Shown piece after piece: positions 20,994 through 31,106 of a stretch of 64,000 bases of DNA. The first letter of the stretch is position 1, and every line of letters begins with the position of its first letter. The translations under genes and the position numbers were made by a program. The stretch comes from Sulfolobales archaeon HS-7 (GTDB taxonomy: Archaea > Thermoproteota > Thermoprotei_A > Sulfolobales > Sulfolobaceae). The notes under the pieces were generated by a model, which worked only from the letters and a program-made list of their open reading frames with translations, ran no database searches and was not told the origin of the DNA. The stretch is from NCBI GenBank assembly GCA_019704295.1, contig AP024596.1:992001-1056000 (forward strand), written 5' to 3'.

Positions 20994-22052
20994 ATGGAAA
21001 AGTACTGTCCTAGATGCGGTAATTCATTACAGGATAGTGTGCAAGTTTGTCAATATTGCGGTTATACATTCCCATCTTCACAGCCTAACACACAACCTCA
21101 AACTCCGCCTCCCACATATCAACCATTACCAACACAGCCCCCAAGCAACGTTGGCAAAACTCAATATGGTACATCTCAACCGAATCAACCAACGGGAATT
21201 CCACAACCGTCATATAGTTATAGACAACAACCGGTTCTACCTGCTAACTATATTCAAAATGTCCCTAAACAGTTTTTATCAGTGTTACAAACATCGTATC
21301 AAGCTATTTTATCAACATATAACTACGCAAAACTAATTGTTGGAATAAGCGTAATACTGTTTGCTGTTGGGGAATTATTTCCACAAATAGAGTTAATTAT
21401 ATCCTCCATCAGATTTCATGCATATGCTTCAATAGCACCAGCTACATTGCTTATTGCATCATTTCTTATTTATTTAGTAGTAGGAATATTATTCCTAATA
21501 AGTAAAAATTTCTCACTTAATCGATTAATATATCCTCTATCACTACTATACTTCCTTATACTAGGTATAACAGAGATGGTGGCTACTGCGATAGCTACAG
21601 GCACTGGCTATTTCCCTGGTGTAATCTTAGTTACTGGTTCAATCTTGGGATTCTTTGCAATAATGAAAAGTAACGATAAGATTACCGCTTATGTAATTGG
21701 TTTCGTATCTGTGCTTCTCATATATATTTATAGTAATTCATTCCTTAACTCAAACCTATGGGGTCCTGCAGTGTTAACGGTATTATCCTTCTTAATAGTT
21801 ATGACTTTCGTCGATATGAGAGTAATTAGAGGAGTCGGTTGGTCTATAAGTGCGCTGATACTGTCAATAGGATTTATTACGTTTGGCTCTAGCTTGCTCT
21901 CTGTATCAAACCCAGGAGGATACTTGGGTACAGCATATTTTGGAATAACAGTTGCTAGTGGAATATTATCTGTGATAGGTGGAGTATTCGGTATAGTATG
22001 CGGAATATTTATGATAATATTTTCATTAATTACTCGAGAAACATTATTTTAA
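20994..22052 (+). CDS. Zinc-ribbon membrane protein
   Basis: CPRCG...CQYCG double Zn knuckle, Pro/Gln-rich linker, about 8 TM helices. Confidence 0.8.
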   Translation: MEKYCPRCGNSLQDSVQVCQYCGYTFPSSQPNTQPQTPPPTYQPLPTQPPSNVGKTQYGTSQPNQPTGIPQPSYSYRQQPVLPANYIQNVPKQFLSVLQTSYQAILSTYNYAKLIVGISVILFAVGELFPQIELIISSIRFHAYASIAPATLLIASFLIYLVVGILFLISKNFSLNRLIYPLSLLYFLILGITEMVATAIATGTGYFPGVILVTGSILGFFAIMKSNDKITAYVIGFVSVLLIYIYSNSFLNSNLWGPAVLTVLSFLIVMTFVDMRVIRGVGWSISALILSIGFITFGSSLLSVSNPGGYLGTAYFGITVASGILSVIGGVFGIVCGIFMIIFSLITRETLF

Positions 22053-22310
22053 CTTCAGTGTGAGTTAAGTGGTGAGAGTTTTCCTCTACGACAGTAGACT
22101 CGGATTATTTAGAATGTGAAATTATATGAGTATTTTCTCAGTTCTCTTAGGTAACGGTTCTCCTATTCGAACGTCTTATTCCTTAACGTAATTTATCATG
22201 ACTGAAATCGAGTAAGAATGGGGAAGGCCTCTCTCATTTTCACGCTTAACAATAATTATTTCAATATTATTTTGAGTCTACTAATGAGGAAGGACCATTC
22301 GCATTCCGTT

Positions 22311-23231
22311 CTATGATTTTTTTCTTCTCTGAATAGCACGTTCATATTCTTTTTTCTCCTCATCAGTTTCTGGGGAATATTGCTTTACTGGAATAGGTTT
22401 ACCATTTTCATCTATGTGAACAAAGGTAAAGTATGTTGTGGTTACATGTTCCGTTATCCCGCTTTGAGGTTCGTATTTGATTACATTTAACGTTACTTCC
22501 ATTGATGTCCTACCGACGTATGATATACACCCCCTAATAAGTATGTAATCTCCTAACATAACGGGAGAATAAAATGACGTCCTACTAACGGCAGCAGTTA
22601 CAACGTGTCCGTTTGAATAAGGATATCCGATGTAATTTAGACAAAGTATTCCCCCTGTGTCGTCCATAATTTTAAGAATTCTACCTGCAGAAGCTGTCAC
22701 TCCGTTATATGTCAAATCTGGGGTCACGTTAAGGCTATTAGTTATTATATACCTAAAACCGATTGTCGGGTTAGTAACATCAAATCTCCTCTCATTTCTA
22801 TCCTTAATTTTCTGAAGACGTTCTTCCCTCCTTCTCATCGCAACATTCCATATTTCCTGGTCATCCGGTTCTATGATCTCCTCTATCTTCAGAGGTCGTA
22901 AATTCCTGTCCACTTTAACGTAAGAACCGTAGGCATTTGCTATTAACTCATTCCCTCTTAGAGCCTTCATCTCTACTTCTACTGAAGTTCGCCCGACAAA
23001 TTGTATTTCCGCGTATATAGATATGATATCTCCAAGTTTCACTCCTTTGTGAAAAACTACGTCATCCAAAGTTGCTAGCACTGCCTGCCCTTTCACAGCC
23101 TTTACTACACATAAAAGACCGGCGTCCGCTAGCCACCTTAGCATATCCCCTCCGTGTAATCTTCCTAGAAAGTTCGTCTCAGTGTAATGGACTATTTTAT
23201 GTTGGACTATGCGGGTTTCAGACGTTTTCAA
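22311..23231 (-). CDS. Acyl-CoA thioesterase (double hotdog fold)
   Basis: NFLGRLHGG, VGRTSVEV and VGRTSMEV duplicated motifs. Confidence 0.9.
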   Translation of the reverse strand: MKTSETRIVQHKIVHYTETNFLGRLHGGDMLRWLADAGLLCVVKAVKGQAVLATLDDVVFHKGVKLGDIISIYAEIQFVGRTSVEVEMKALRGNELIANAYGSYVKVDRNLRPLKIEEIIEPDDQEIWNVAMRRREERLQKIKDRNERRFDVTNPTIGFRYIITNSLNVTPDLTYNGVTASAGRILKIMDDTGGILCLNYIGYPYSNGHVVTAAVSRTSFYSPVMLGDYILIRGCISYVGRTSMEVTLNVIKYEPQSGITEHVTTTYFTFVHIDENGKPIPVKQYSPETDEEKKEYERAIQRRKKS

Positions 23232-23619
23232 CTATTACACCTAATATTTCGTCAGAAAGTTTAAGGTATTCTCCGCTTCCAGTCTTCCTCCATTCGAGGA
23301 TCGCATCCCTTAATCCATCAAGGATCTCCTTTAAATTCGTGGGTATATCCCTAAGAATTCTTTCGGGGAAATCAGTAACTGAAACTCGTTTCGGTCGGGC
23401 TGAGAAAAACGGAAGGTATTCATCCTGAGTAGCACTAATTATAAGGCCACCATGACGATCTACCATATACTCGTATCCTCCTACACGACCAACAGTTACC
23501 GCAAAGTCCTCACCTGGTGGAACTACTTGACTTAGTGAGTTGAGGAACGCAATGGAGCTCTTCAGATCCTTATTTCTCTTTACTCGCGTTAAGGAATTCT
23601 TAAAATCTTCTACGCTCAT
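23218..23619 (-). CDS. Hypothetical protein
   Basis: 133-aa ORF with normal composition; overlaps thioesterase start (operon-like). Confidence 0.75.
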   Translation of the reverse strand: MSVEDFKNSLTRVKRNKDLKSSIAFLNSLSQVVPPGEDFAVTVGRVGGYEYMVDRHGGLIISATQDEYLPFFSARPKRVSVTDFPERILRDIPTNLKEILDGLRDAILEWRKTGSGEYLKLSDEILGVIVENV

Positions 23620-23800
23620 AGTAACAAGATTTGGGATTCCCAGTTATAAAAATGGAGGTTATAAGAAAGGGGAAATTGAGTGAGATATGAAGACATTCTA
23701 TACGACACCTCCCTAAGTTCCAGTTATTATTAAAAAGAACTATTAGAAGACTTTCAATTTCAGTAAAACCTTTCTGATAACTATTCCAAGAAGGTATTAT

Positions 23801-24115
23801 CTTAATGGGAAGATTCAGGGAAGGCATAAGGCCCTATCTACAGGGATTGGATTTATACCCCTTTTAGTTAATCTAAAATAAGAGAAAGGGACTCATTTAT
23901 GTTAATTACACTTATTTACGCAGTATGTGTTACTGAGACGCCTTAGCGAGGCTGTGTGGTACGCCCCTGCTCCAATCAGCAGCCATCAGGACACCACCAT
24001 GTCCACTTCGAGGTGCAATCCTTAGACACTATGGTGCCCTACAGGCAAGGTGGAGATAAGAAGCAGGAAGTCCCTACCGTGAGGTAGGGTATAGTATCCA
24101 TCAGGGTAAGTTCAC
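23801..24115 (+). mobile_element. Non-autonomous, internally deleted IS200/IS605 derivative (MITE/PATE-like)
   Basis: Left end CTTAATGGG...CCCCTTT and right end GGCAAGGTGG..GAAGCAGGAAG-hairpin-..GTTCAC both align to the ends of the element at 27727-29060; no tnpB ORF. Confidence 0.75.
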
Positions 24116-24165
24116 TTATGTAGCTTAACCTGAAGGCATTATTTGTCAAGGTTAAGTTCCTTCCC

Positions 24166-25338
24166 CTAGGTTGGGGTTGGCGTCTTAAAAATATCGCTTC
24201 TTCTTAGGGTCCTTTCCCACGTTCTGTCAAATCTAAAGATTTCCATGAATATTGCAGTGATGTGGAGTATGACGACCAGTTGGATGTATACATAAGAGAC
24301 AAAAGCGTAAGGTATTCCTATCATATGTTTTTTTGAAATAATCACTGCCACTATAAACGTGAAAAGTGAAGACAGAGTAATGAAGGAACCGAATACTAAA
24401 AGCATTTCACGAGGAACTACAATGACCAAAGAGTAGTCTAATAAACTGATTGCCATGAACATAGGGGTAAATACTACTGTTATTGCGTCTATTATCTTTA
24501 GTGTGGGTTTGCCTAATTCCTTCATGGATATTTCGAGATGTCCCCGATACCACCTTAGTCTTTGCTTTATTAGGGCTCTTAAACTAGGGGCAACCTCCCT
24601 CCAGGAGAGAACAGACGGGACGTAAATCACCTTATAATTCTTTGCAGTTAGCCTCAAACTTAGGTCTAGGTCCTCGGTTAGAGTATTCTCATTCCATAGC
24701 CCAACTTCTCTTAATACGGAGCTTCTAATAAACATGCACGTTCCGTTAAGAGGAACGAATCCACCTAATCTAGCCCTTCCCGCTATACTGTACTCGTATA
24801 AAAGTTCCTCAAGGGCTGCAAACCTTGAAGCCAGACTATCGTTTACGTTTATCGGGAGAAGTTTCCCCTGGACTGCTGCGACATCCCTTTTTTCGAATTG
24901 TCCCGCTGCAGATTTTAATGCATCAAGTTTCGGGATTGTGTCTGCATCGAACACCGCTACTATTTCCCCCTTTGCTACGTCCATCGCTGCGTTCAGGGCT
25001 GCTGCCTTTCCCTTTTTGTTTATAGACAAACATTTAATCAGGCGGTAGTTCTCTGCATACTTCATGCAAACGTCTAGGGTATTATCTGTGGAACCGCTTT
25101 CCGCAACAATAATCTCCATTTTCTCCCTGTCGTATTCCTGCTGAATTAGCCTATCTATTATTCTTGGAAGTTGCTTCTCTTCGTTCTTCGCAGGAATGAT
25201 AATACTTACTGTAGGATAATTATTTATTGTAGAGTAAGCAGAAAATTTCCATGTTATACCTAAGCTGGATAGAGAAGTATTATAGAGGTTCCATATAGTC
25301 ACTAATGTTACGGAAAACAGCACCAAATATGTGAGCAT
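24166..25338 (-). CDS. Glycosyltransferase family 2 (processive, cellulose-synthase-like)
   Basis: IIIPAKNE, GKAAALN, DAD, LTED, KQRLRW (QxxRW); C-terminal TM helices. Confidence 0.92.
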   Translation of the reverse strand: MLTYLVLFSVTLVTIWNLYNTSLSSLGITWKFSAYSTINNYPTVSIIIPAKNEEKQLPRIIDRLIQQEYDREKMEIIVAESGSTDNTLDVCMKYAENYRLIKCLSINKKGKAAALNAAMDVAKGEIVAVFDADTIPKLDALKSAAGQFEKRDVAAVQGKLLPINVNDSLASRFAALEELLYEYSIAGRARLGGFVPLNGTCMFIRSSVLREVGLWNENTLTEDLDLSLRLTAKNYKVIYVPSVLSWREVAPSLRALIKQRLRWYRGHLEISMKELGKPTLKIIDAITVVFTPMFMAISLLDYSLVIVVPREMLLVFGSFITLSSLFTFIVAVIISKKHMIGIPYAFVSYVYIQLVVILHITAIFMEIFRFDRTWERTLRRSDIFKTPTPT

Positions 25339-25456
25339 CAGGTTAGATACGCTTTAATCATATATATTCTTAATATTACCTCAATTATGTATAACGATCG
25401 AAGCATTGACAATATAGTCCTATTGCTCTTTAAATCATCTTCACCAAATATTAATT

Positions 25457-25723
25457 ATGATAACCAAATCTGATATCAGAGATATAATGGGGGAGTACTC
25501 TCCTCGTGGTGAAACTTTAGCTAATGTAGGTAAGTTCATAGCGATTGGCTTGGACGATCCTTTCCACGTAACAACCATTACCGGGGGGGCTCTTATTATA
25601 GCGGGGGAGATCATGAGAAGGAGAACCCCTCTAGGTGTCAGAATGGCCACTCTAATGATACGGCAAGGGATACAGGAATTCCATAAAATTTCATTGGAGA
25701 TAAGTACACTTGGGTTAAAGTAA
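25457..25723 (+). CDS. Hypothetical protein
   Basis: TTTAAA at leaderless spacing; TAATG overlap with next gene. Confidence 0.7.
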   Translation: MITKSDIRDIMGEYSPRGETLANVGKFIAIGLDDPFHVTTITGGALIIAGEIMRRRTPLGVRMATLMIRQGIQEFHKISLEISTLGLK

Positions 25724-26634
25724 TGAAAATAACGCCGATAGCCTTTGAGAGTCTAGGGGTGAGATCTCAATGTACATTAGTGGAAACTAAAGATATTAGG
25801 ATACTAATCGACCCTGCTGTGTCATTGGCTCCTAGGAGATACGGTCTCCCCCCTCATCAGAATGAAGTTGATAAATTAAATGAACTAAAAAGGAAGATAG
25901 AGTCGACGGACGCCGAACTCATAATCGTAACACATTACCATTACGACCATCACGATCCTGGGTACGTTGTAAGTAACGAGATCTATAGGAATAAGACGGT
26001 GTTAATTAAGGACCCATTAAACTTCATAAATGTAAGTCAAAAGGTCTTTAGGGCTCCTAAATTTCTTAAGAGTATTGAAAAGAAAGCATCCGAGGTGCAG
26101 ATAGGGGACGGGAAGAAATTTGAGATAGGTTCTACGAAAATAAATATCTCTAACCCCGTACCCCATGGTGCGGACGAAAGGTTAGGTTACGTTATCCAAG
26201 TTGCTATAAGTGATAAGGACGATACAGTTCTTTTCACATCAGATATAGAGGGGGCGCCCAGAGGCGAACATCTTGCCTTTACTAATGAGATCAGACCTGG
26301 TATTATAGTCATTGATGGTCCTCTCTCATATCTTTTAGGGAGGGCTTGGAATGAAGAGACACTTAATAATGCAATGAAAAACATGGAGTACTTTATGAGG
26401 CTCGGTCTGCATACCGCGATAATAGACCATCACGTTCTGAGAGATCTGGAGTATCAGAGAGTTTTGGCACCTGTAATCGATGTAGCAAAGTCAGCGGGCG
26501 TTAAAGTAGTTACAGCCGCGGAATATTTAGGAATGGAGAACCTACAACTCGAAGCGAGGAGAAGGGAACTCTACACGTATGAGAATAAACCAGGAAAACT
26601 GACAAGAAACATGCTAAACCTAATGGACTCATAG
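25723..26634 (+). CDS. MBL-fold metallohydrolase (UPF0282 family)
   Basis: [40 protein letters not shown]. Confidence 0.9.
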   Translation: MKITPIAFESLGVRSQCTLVETKDIRILIDPAVSLAPRRYGLPPHQNEVDKLNELKRKIESTDAELIIVTHYHYDHHDPGYVVSNEIYRNKTVLIKDPLNFINVSQKVFRAPKFLKSIEKKASEVQIGDGKKFEIGSTKINISNPVPHGADERLGYVIQVAISDKDDTVLFTSDIEGAPRGEHLAFTNEIRPGIIVIDGPLSYLLGRAWNEETLNNAMKNMEYFMRLGLHTAIIDHHVLRDLEYQRVLAPVIDVAKSAGVKVVTAAEYLGMENLQLEARRRELYTYENKPGKLTRNMLNLMDS

Positions 26635-26645
26635 CACGGGAACTC

Positions 26646-27656
26646 TTATAACCATGGATCAGCTACTATTCTTCCTAACGCATTACCCTTCTTATATTCT
26701 TCGAGTGCCTCACCTACTTTGTCAAGGCTTACTACCTTGTCAATAAGTATTTTCATTTTTCCCTCAGCTACTAGTCTTAATCCTTCCCTTAACTCATCCA
26801 ATGTATTCCCTACTGATGCTGTAACAGTTATTTCCCTAACTATGTTATACAAGGGATTCATTTCTATTTTTTCCCTCTCATATCCAATCAGGACGACTCT
26901 CCCCTTTCTCCCTACTGCTCTAATGTACGAATTATACGATTCCTTTGTTCCCACAAGGTCGTAAACCACATCGGCCATATTACCCTTTGTTATTTCGTGT
27001 ACTTTCTTAGTTAAGCTATCCTTTAGCGGATTGACGACTTCTGTGGCTCCTAATTCTTTTGCTAGCTCTAATTTCTTTTGATTACGAGAGACTGCAATAA
27101 CTTTAGCCCCCTTCAGCCTATTATATTGAATTAGCTGGAAACCTACACCTCCTACACCGTAAACAACTACAGTATCTCCCTCTTTTATAGAGGCCTTACT
27201 TGTGGCATGAATGGCAGTAGTAACGCTACATCCTATCGGCGCAGCTTCCTCAAATGAAATCTGATCAGGTATTCTTATTGCATTCCTGATGGGGGCTTTA
27301 ACATATTGTGCAAACCCCCCGTTATTCATGAAACCTAATTCTAGTTTCGGTCTAGGGCATAGGTTTTCTTCACCTGTTTTGCAGAAATTACATTGTCCGC
27401 AACCCTGATAATAGTATAGAACTACTCTATCCCCCTTCTTCAAATCACTATCTCCCTTGATCTCCTCAACCTCACCTGCAATTTCATGCCCTAAAATTAT
27501 TCCGTTGGGCGCTGGTATTATGGAATCTAGGAAATGGAGTTCTGTATGACAAATTCCTGCAGAATGAACTTTGATCAGGACTTCACCGTTCTCTATCTTA
27601 GGTAGTTCAACCTCATCCTTTACAAGCCCTCCGTCTCTAAGGAGTAATGCCCGCAT
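26646..27656 (-). CDS. Zn-dependent alcohol dehydrogenase (MDR family)
   Basis: GICHTE, GHE.AG, CGQCNFC..GEENLC, GVGGVG. Confidence 0.93.
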   Translation of the reverse strand: MRALLLRDGGLVKDEVELPKIENGEVLIKVHSAGICHTELHFLDSIIPAPNGIILGHEIAGEVEEIKGDSDLKKGDRVVLYYYQGCGQCNFCKTGEENLCPRPKLELGFMNNGGFAQYVKAPIRNAIRIPDQISFEEAAPIGCSVTTAIHATSKASIKEGDTVVVYGVGGVGFQLIQYNRLKGAKVIAVSRNQKKLELAKELGATEVVNPLKDSLTKKVHEITKGNMADVVYDLVGTKESYNSYIRAVGRKGRVVLIGYEREKIEMNPLYNIVREITVTASVGNTLDELREGLRLVAEGKMKILIDKVVSLDKVGEALEEYKKGNALGRIVADPWL

Positions 27657-27726
27657 GATTAATACATGCTTAAGCGCTTTTTTAATTTTTAGTTAAGATA
27701 CTAAAATAGATGTTGTTATTTTTTAT

Positions 27727-29060
27727 CTTAATGGGGGTTCAAAGGGGGCGAAAGACCCCTTCCGTAAGGGGATGGATAGCCCCCTTTGTATAAGGTTAAA
27801 TATCCGTTCTTCTGCATTCTCCTAATGCCCGACGTAGTGTTCAGGTTCAGAGCCTACACTAATGACAAAACGTTGAGGGCGTTAAAGGCCCAGTTGAAGT
27901 CGGCGTCTGAATTGTACAACACCCTGCGTTGGGCAGACTCCTATTTCTATGCAAGAGACGGAAAAGGTCTGAACCAAACCCAGTTGAGGCAACTAGCGCT
28001 AGACCTGAGGAAGCAGGACGTGGAGTATCAACAACTGCACTCTCAAGTTGCTCAGAACGTTGCGGATCGCTTCTACGAGGCCAGGGAGAGGTTCTTCAAG
28101 GGATTAGCAAGGTTTCCCAAGGAGAAGAAGGCCTACAGATGGTACTCCCTGGTCTATCCGCAGAGCGGGTGGAAGGTATTGAGAGTGAGGGAGATAAGGA
28201 AGAAGAGCAGGGAGGGTAGCCCAAAGAAGTTGATGACGCTGAGTCTCTCCCATCTAGGTGTATTCGAGGTTCTTGTGCATAGGGACTTTCCCCTGGACAA
28301 GGTAAAGAGGGTTGTAGTAAAGCTAATGCCCTCAGAGAGGATTTACGTCTCCTTCGTGGTCGAGGGTTACGAGTTCCCCAAGCTAGCTAAGGTCAATAAA
28401 GTAACGGCACTGGACGTGGGCATCAAGACACTCATCATGACGTCAGAGGGAGAGTATTTCCCAAACGTAAAGCCTTACGAGAAGGCGTTGCGGAAGGTGA
28501 GGCACTTACATAGGATCCTGTCCAGGAAGAAGTTCCTCTCCAAGAACTGGTTTAAGGCAAAGGTGAAGTTAGCCAAGGCATACGAGCATCTCAAGAACTT
28601 CAGGAGAGACCTCTACATGAAACTAGGTAAGCACTTCGCGAGGAACTATGACGCGGTGGTGATGGAGGACATAAACGTCAAGAGGCTAGTGGGCAGATCG
28701 CTCAGGAAGACGAGGATGAGGCTCCATGACGTAGCCTTCAACGAGTTCAAGACGGTCTTGAAGTATCAGATGGAGAAGCACGGTAAATCCATCGCCCTAG
28801 TGGATCCGGGGTACACGTCTAAAACCTGTGCCAATTGTGGTTACGTGAAGGAAGACCTAACTCTCTCCGATAGGATCTTTTCCTGTCCCAAATGCGGATG
28901 GGTCACTGACCGTGATTACAACGCCTCCCTGAACATCCTACGTAGATCGGGGTCGGTGCGACCCTTAGTGCCTGTGGAGTTCCGCCCTCTACCAGTACTT
29001 CGGTACTGGCAAGGTGGGACCAGGAAGCAGGAAGCCCCGTTTAGGGCGGGGTGAGTTCAC
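27727..29060 (+). mobile_element. IS200/IS605-family element, tnpB only (IS1341-like)
   Basis: Left-end hairpins 27733-27785; right-end hairpin ending GTTCAC at 29060; visibly GC-richer than flanks; no tnpA. Confidence 0.9.
27825..29054 (+). CDS. tnpB: RNA-guided endonuclease TnpB
   Basis: FRFRAY, RuvC residues ALDVG / VMEDI / DRDYNA, Zn finger CANC..CPKC; ATG 27825 lies about 29 nt after TTAAATA (track start 27786). Confidence 0.95.
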   Translation: MPDVVFRFRAYTNDKTLRALKAQLKSASELYNTLRWADSYFYARDGKGLNQTQLRQLALDLRKQDVEYQQLHSQVAQNVADRFYEARERFFKGLARFPKEKKAYRWYSLVYPQSGWKVLRVREIRKKSREGSPKKLMTLSLSHLGVFEVLVHRDFPLDKVKRVVVKLMPSERIYVSFVVEGYEFPKLAKVNKVTALDVGIKTLIMTSEGEYFPNVKPYEKALRKVRHLHRILSRKKFLSKNWFKAKVKLAKAYEHLKNFRRDLYMKLGKHFARNYDAVVMEDINVKRLVGRSLRKTRMRLHDVAFNEFKTVLKYQMEKHGKSIALVDPGYTSKTCANCGYVKEDLTLSDRIFSCPKCGWVTDRDYNASLNILRRSGSVRPLVPVEFRPLPVLRYWQGGTRKQEAPFRAG

Positions 29061-29080
29061 ACCCTCTAATACTTTAAAGA
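28945..29080 (+). ncRNA. TnpB omega/reRNA scaffold plus flank-derived guide (predicted)
   Basis: Hairpin CCAGTAC-TTCG-GTACTGG and right-end hairpin overlap the tnpB 3' end; guide would start at 29061 (ACCCTCTAATAC...); 5' boundary approximate. Confidence 0.65.
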
Positions 29081-29340
29081 GTGAGGATGAAATTTCACCT
29101 TTTCAAAGTTCATTCGTTTAATATCGTCAATAGTAAATGAGGAACCGTCGAACTTCGATGTCCGAAGAGGTGTTACATGCTTCGCCTCTAACACAGCTAT
29201 GGGAACAGCGTGTCCAGAACTATACATAGATCAACGTTATGTTCCTTGATGTTCTTGCTATTGGCAAACTTGCACCTTTTAAGACTAAATCACTGTAAGG
29301 ACTTGGTAATCTCTTCTCTAGTTCTACGTGTTTTTCCCCG
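29066..29340 (-). pseudogene. Possible frameshifted PD-(D/E)xK nuclease remnant
   Basis: EHNVDLCI and, in another frame, PIAVLEAK..., ending at TAG 29068-29066. Confidence 0.25.
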
Positions 29341-29651
29341 TGGAAGGTAAGCTTTAAGTCTTGTGTTTTTAAGTTCTTGTTGGAAAAAAGAATATTTAAT
29401 TACTCTATTTATAAAGATGAGATAGTTAGCTGGGATTAGGAAAATGTTACTTTAAAACCTCAATAAAAGACGTCTTTTAGCATCAGTTTTAGATCCTTCG
29501 ACGTTCTATATTAAATCTACGTACTGCCATTAACTAACAAGTTAAGCTTCGTTGGTAAAACTAGAATACAAAATTCGGATGAACCGATAGGAAGACTCAC
29601 GATCATTTACAATTAGGACAATCTTTTTATTCAATCAAATTGATGCTACTT

Positions 29652-30431
29652 ATGAACGTCAAACTCATCGTGGTTTCAGTAGTGATAATAGGCGTGTTAG
29701 TTGGAGGACTCTCATATTATCAGCTATCCCATGTTACTCCGTCCCTAATAGTTCTCTCTCAGCAAGATATTTCCACCGTAATGCCGGGGTGGAAAGTGGC
29801 AGGAGTTTTAGTGGCAAATTACACGCCATTTTTCTCAAGTCTGTACCCTAATGCTACTCAGGTTGCACAAGAGGAGTTTATTAAAGGTAATGCTACACTA
29901 TACCTATACGTTATAGAGTATAATGCTACCCCTACTAATAAGCCGGGATACTCTGAATACGGTCACTTTCTGATCCACGCTAACGTAACTGGAAACACCA
30001 GTTATGTAAACCTCAATAATGTAATTTCAGAGGAGATAAACGCGATAAAGACAGGGAGCGGACTTAAACCCGAAATCTCTAACTTCATGCTCTCTTCAAA
30101 CGATAACGTAAACGTTCTCGAATATGGCAATTTAACTTCAAAAGATATTAATTTATACATAGAAGTAGTTAAAGATAATCAGAGTATTACATACATATCT
30201 ATAGAGAATGCCTCAAACTACTCTGAGATATACTCATCAATATACTCATCTGTAAAGCAATATGCCGTTAACGGAACGCTCAATGGTTATAATTACTTTA
30301 ACCTAACTATAACGTCCCTACAGGGACAAAGCTTCTATATTGTTGGTGAAAAACCAACATGGGTCGTAATACTTGAATTTTACGGTCCACCCCAGTTTCA
30401 ACTATTTAGCACCATTATGGAGAGAATTTAG
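29652..30431 (+). CDS. Membrane-anchored surface glycoprotein, unknown function
   Basis: N-terminal TM helix, many NxS/T sequons, Ser/Thr/Tyr/Asn-rich. Confidence 0.8.
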   Translation: MNVKLIVVSVVIIGVLVGGLSYYQLSHVTPSLIVLSQQDISTVMPGWKVAGVLVANYTPFFSSLYPNATQVAQEEFIKGNATLYLYVIEYNATPTNKPGYSEYGHFLIHANVTGNTSYVNLNNVISEEINAIKTGSGLKPEISNFMLSSNDNVNVLEYGNLTSKDINLYIEVVKDNQSITYISIENASNYSEIYSSIYSSVKQYAVNGTLNGYNYFNLTITSLQGQSFYIVGEKPTWVVILEFYGPPQFQLFSTIMERI

Positions 30432-30466
30432 AAAGAGTTATAAGGGACTTTTACGTTAATCTTCCG

Positions 30467-30778
30467 ATGATAAGCATAAGCTTACCTTCAGGCATACAAT
30501 TATCTGGTATAGTAACGATAGTCGTTACTTTCTTACTAGGACTACTTATAGGAGTTTTAGTGAAAGAGTTGATCAAAGTTGGTATAGTTCTTCTAATAAT
30601 AGTTGTTCTACTTTATGCACTAGGATATATTCATCCCTCTTTCATTCAATACGCGCTTCATCAGGCTGGAGTAGTTGCACAACAAGCCTACAGCTATGCC
30701 CAGGAATATAAAAATATTATTCCTTACACTTCTATAGCTTTCATTATAGGGTTTGTAATAGGTTTGTGGAAAGGTTAG
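30467..30778 (+). CDS. Small membrane protein (FUN14-like)
   Basis: FLLGLLIGVLVKELIK, GFVIGLWKG ending; three hydrophobic segments. Confidence 0.75.
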   Translation: MISISLPSGIQLSGIVTIVVTFLLGLLIGVLVKELIKVGIVLLIIVVLLYALGYIHPSFIQYALHQAGVVAQQAYSYAQEYKNIIPYTSIAFIIGFVIGLWKG

Positions 30779-31056
30779 GACGATTTCCCTCCTTCACCTG
30801 TCGTTTTCTTCTCCTCAACTGGTTTCTCCTTGCTTTTTTCTTTCTTCTCCTTACTCTCTTTCTTGAATCTCTTTATTTCAACTTCTACCGTTACGCCTTC
30901 ATCACAGGTATAGGCGATATTTCCATTTTCCTCCCTCTCCTCACAGGTTATCCCTCTATTCCTTATGAATTCCCTCAAGTTCTTCTTATGTCTGAAGGTT
31001 AATTTCTCCTCTTTATTCTCCTTCTTTACGGTTACGTAGTATTTAATTACTTTCAT
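30775..31056 (-). CDS. Small Lys/Glu-rich hypothetical protein
   Basis: 93-aa ORF with coding-like purine bias; convergent 4-nt overlap with the upstream gene. Confidence 0.65.
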   Translation of the reverse strand: MKVIKYYVTVKKENKEEKLTFRHKKNLREFIRNRGITCEEREENGNIAYTCDEGVTVEVEIKRFKKESKEKKEKSKEKPVEEKKTTGEGGKSS

Positions 31057-31106
31057 AAGGTCATAACTGGTGATGAAAATTTAAGGTTGTGGTGAGATTG
31101 AATAGC

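Noticed and set aside
22060-22245. Fourth IS605 right-end relic (CCTCTAC..., GGAAG...TTCAC)
   Set aside because: Similarity too patchy to separate from chance by eye
23600-23827. 75-aa minus-strand ORF
   Set aside because: Starts inside the IS-derived left end and crosses the promoter region of the next gene; not protein-like
27733-27745. GGGGGTTCAAA as a tRNA-derived att site
   Set aside because: Short match that is part of the IS left end; no integrase present
31069-31100. C/D box sRNA candidate (GTGATGA), and a similar one near 61230-61264 on the minus strand
   Set aside because: No correctly spaced CTGA D and D' boxes
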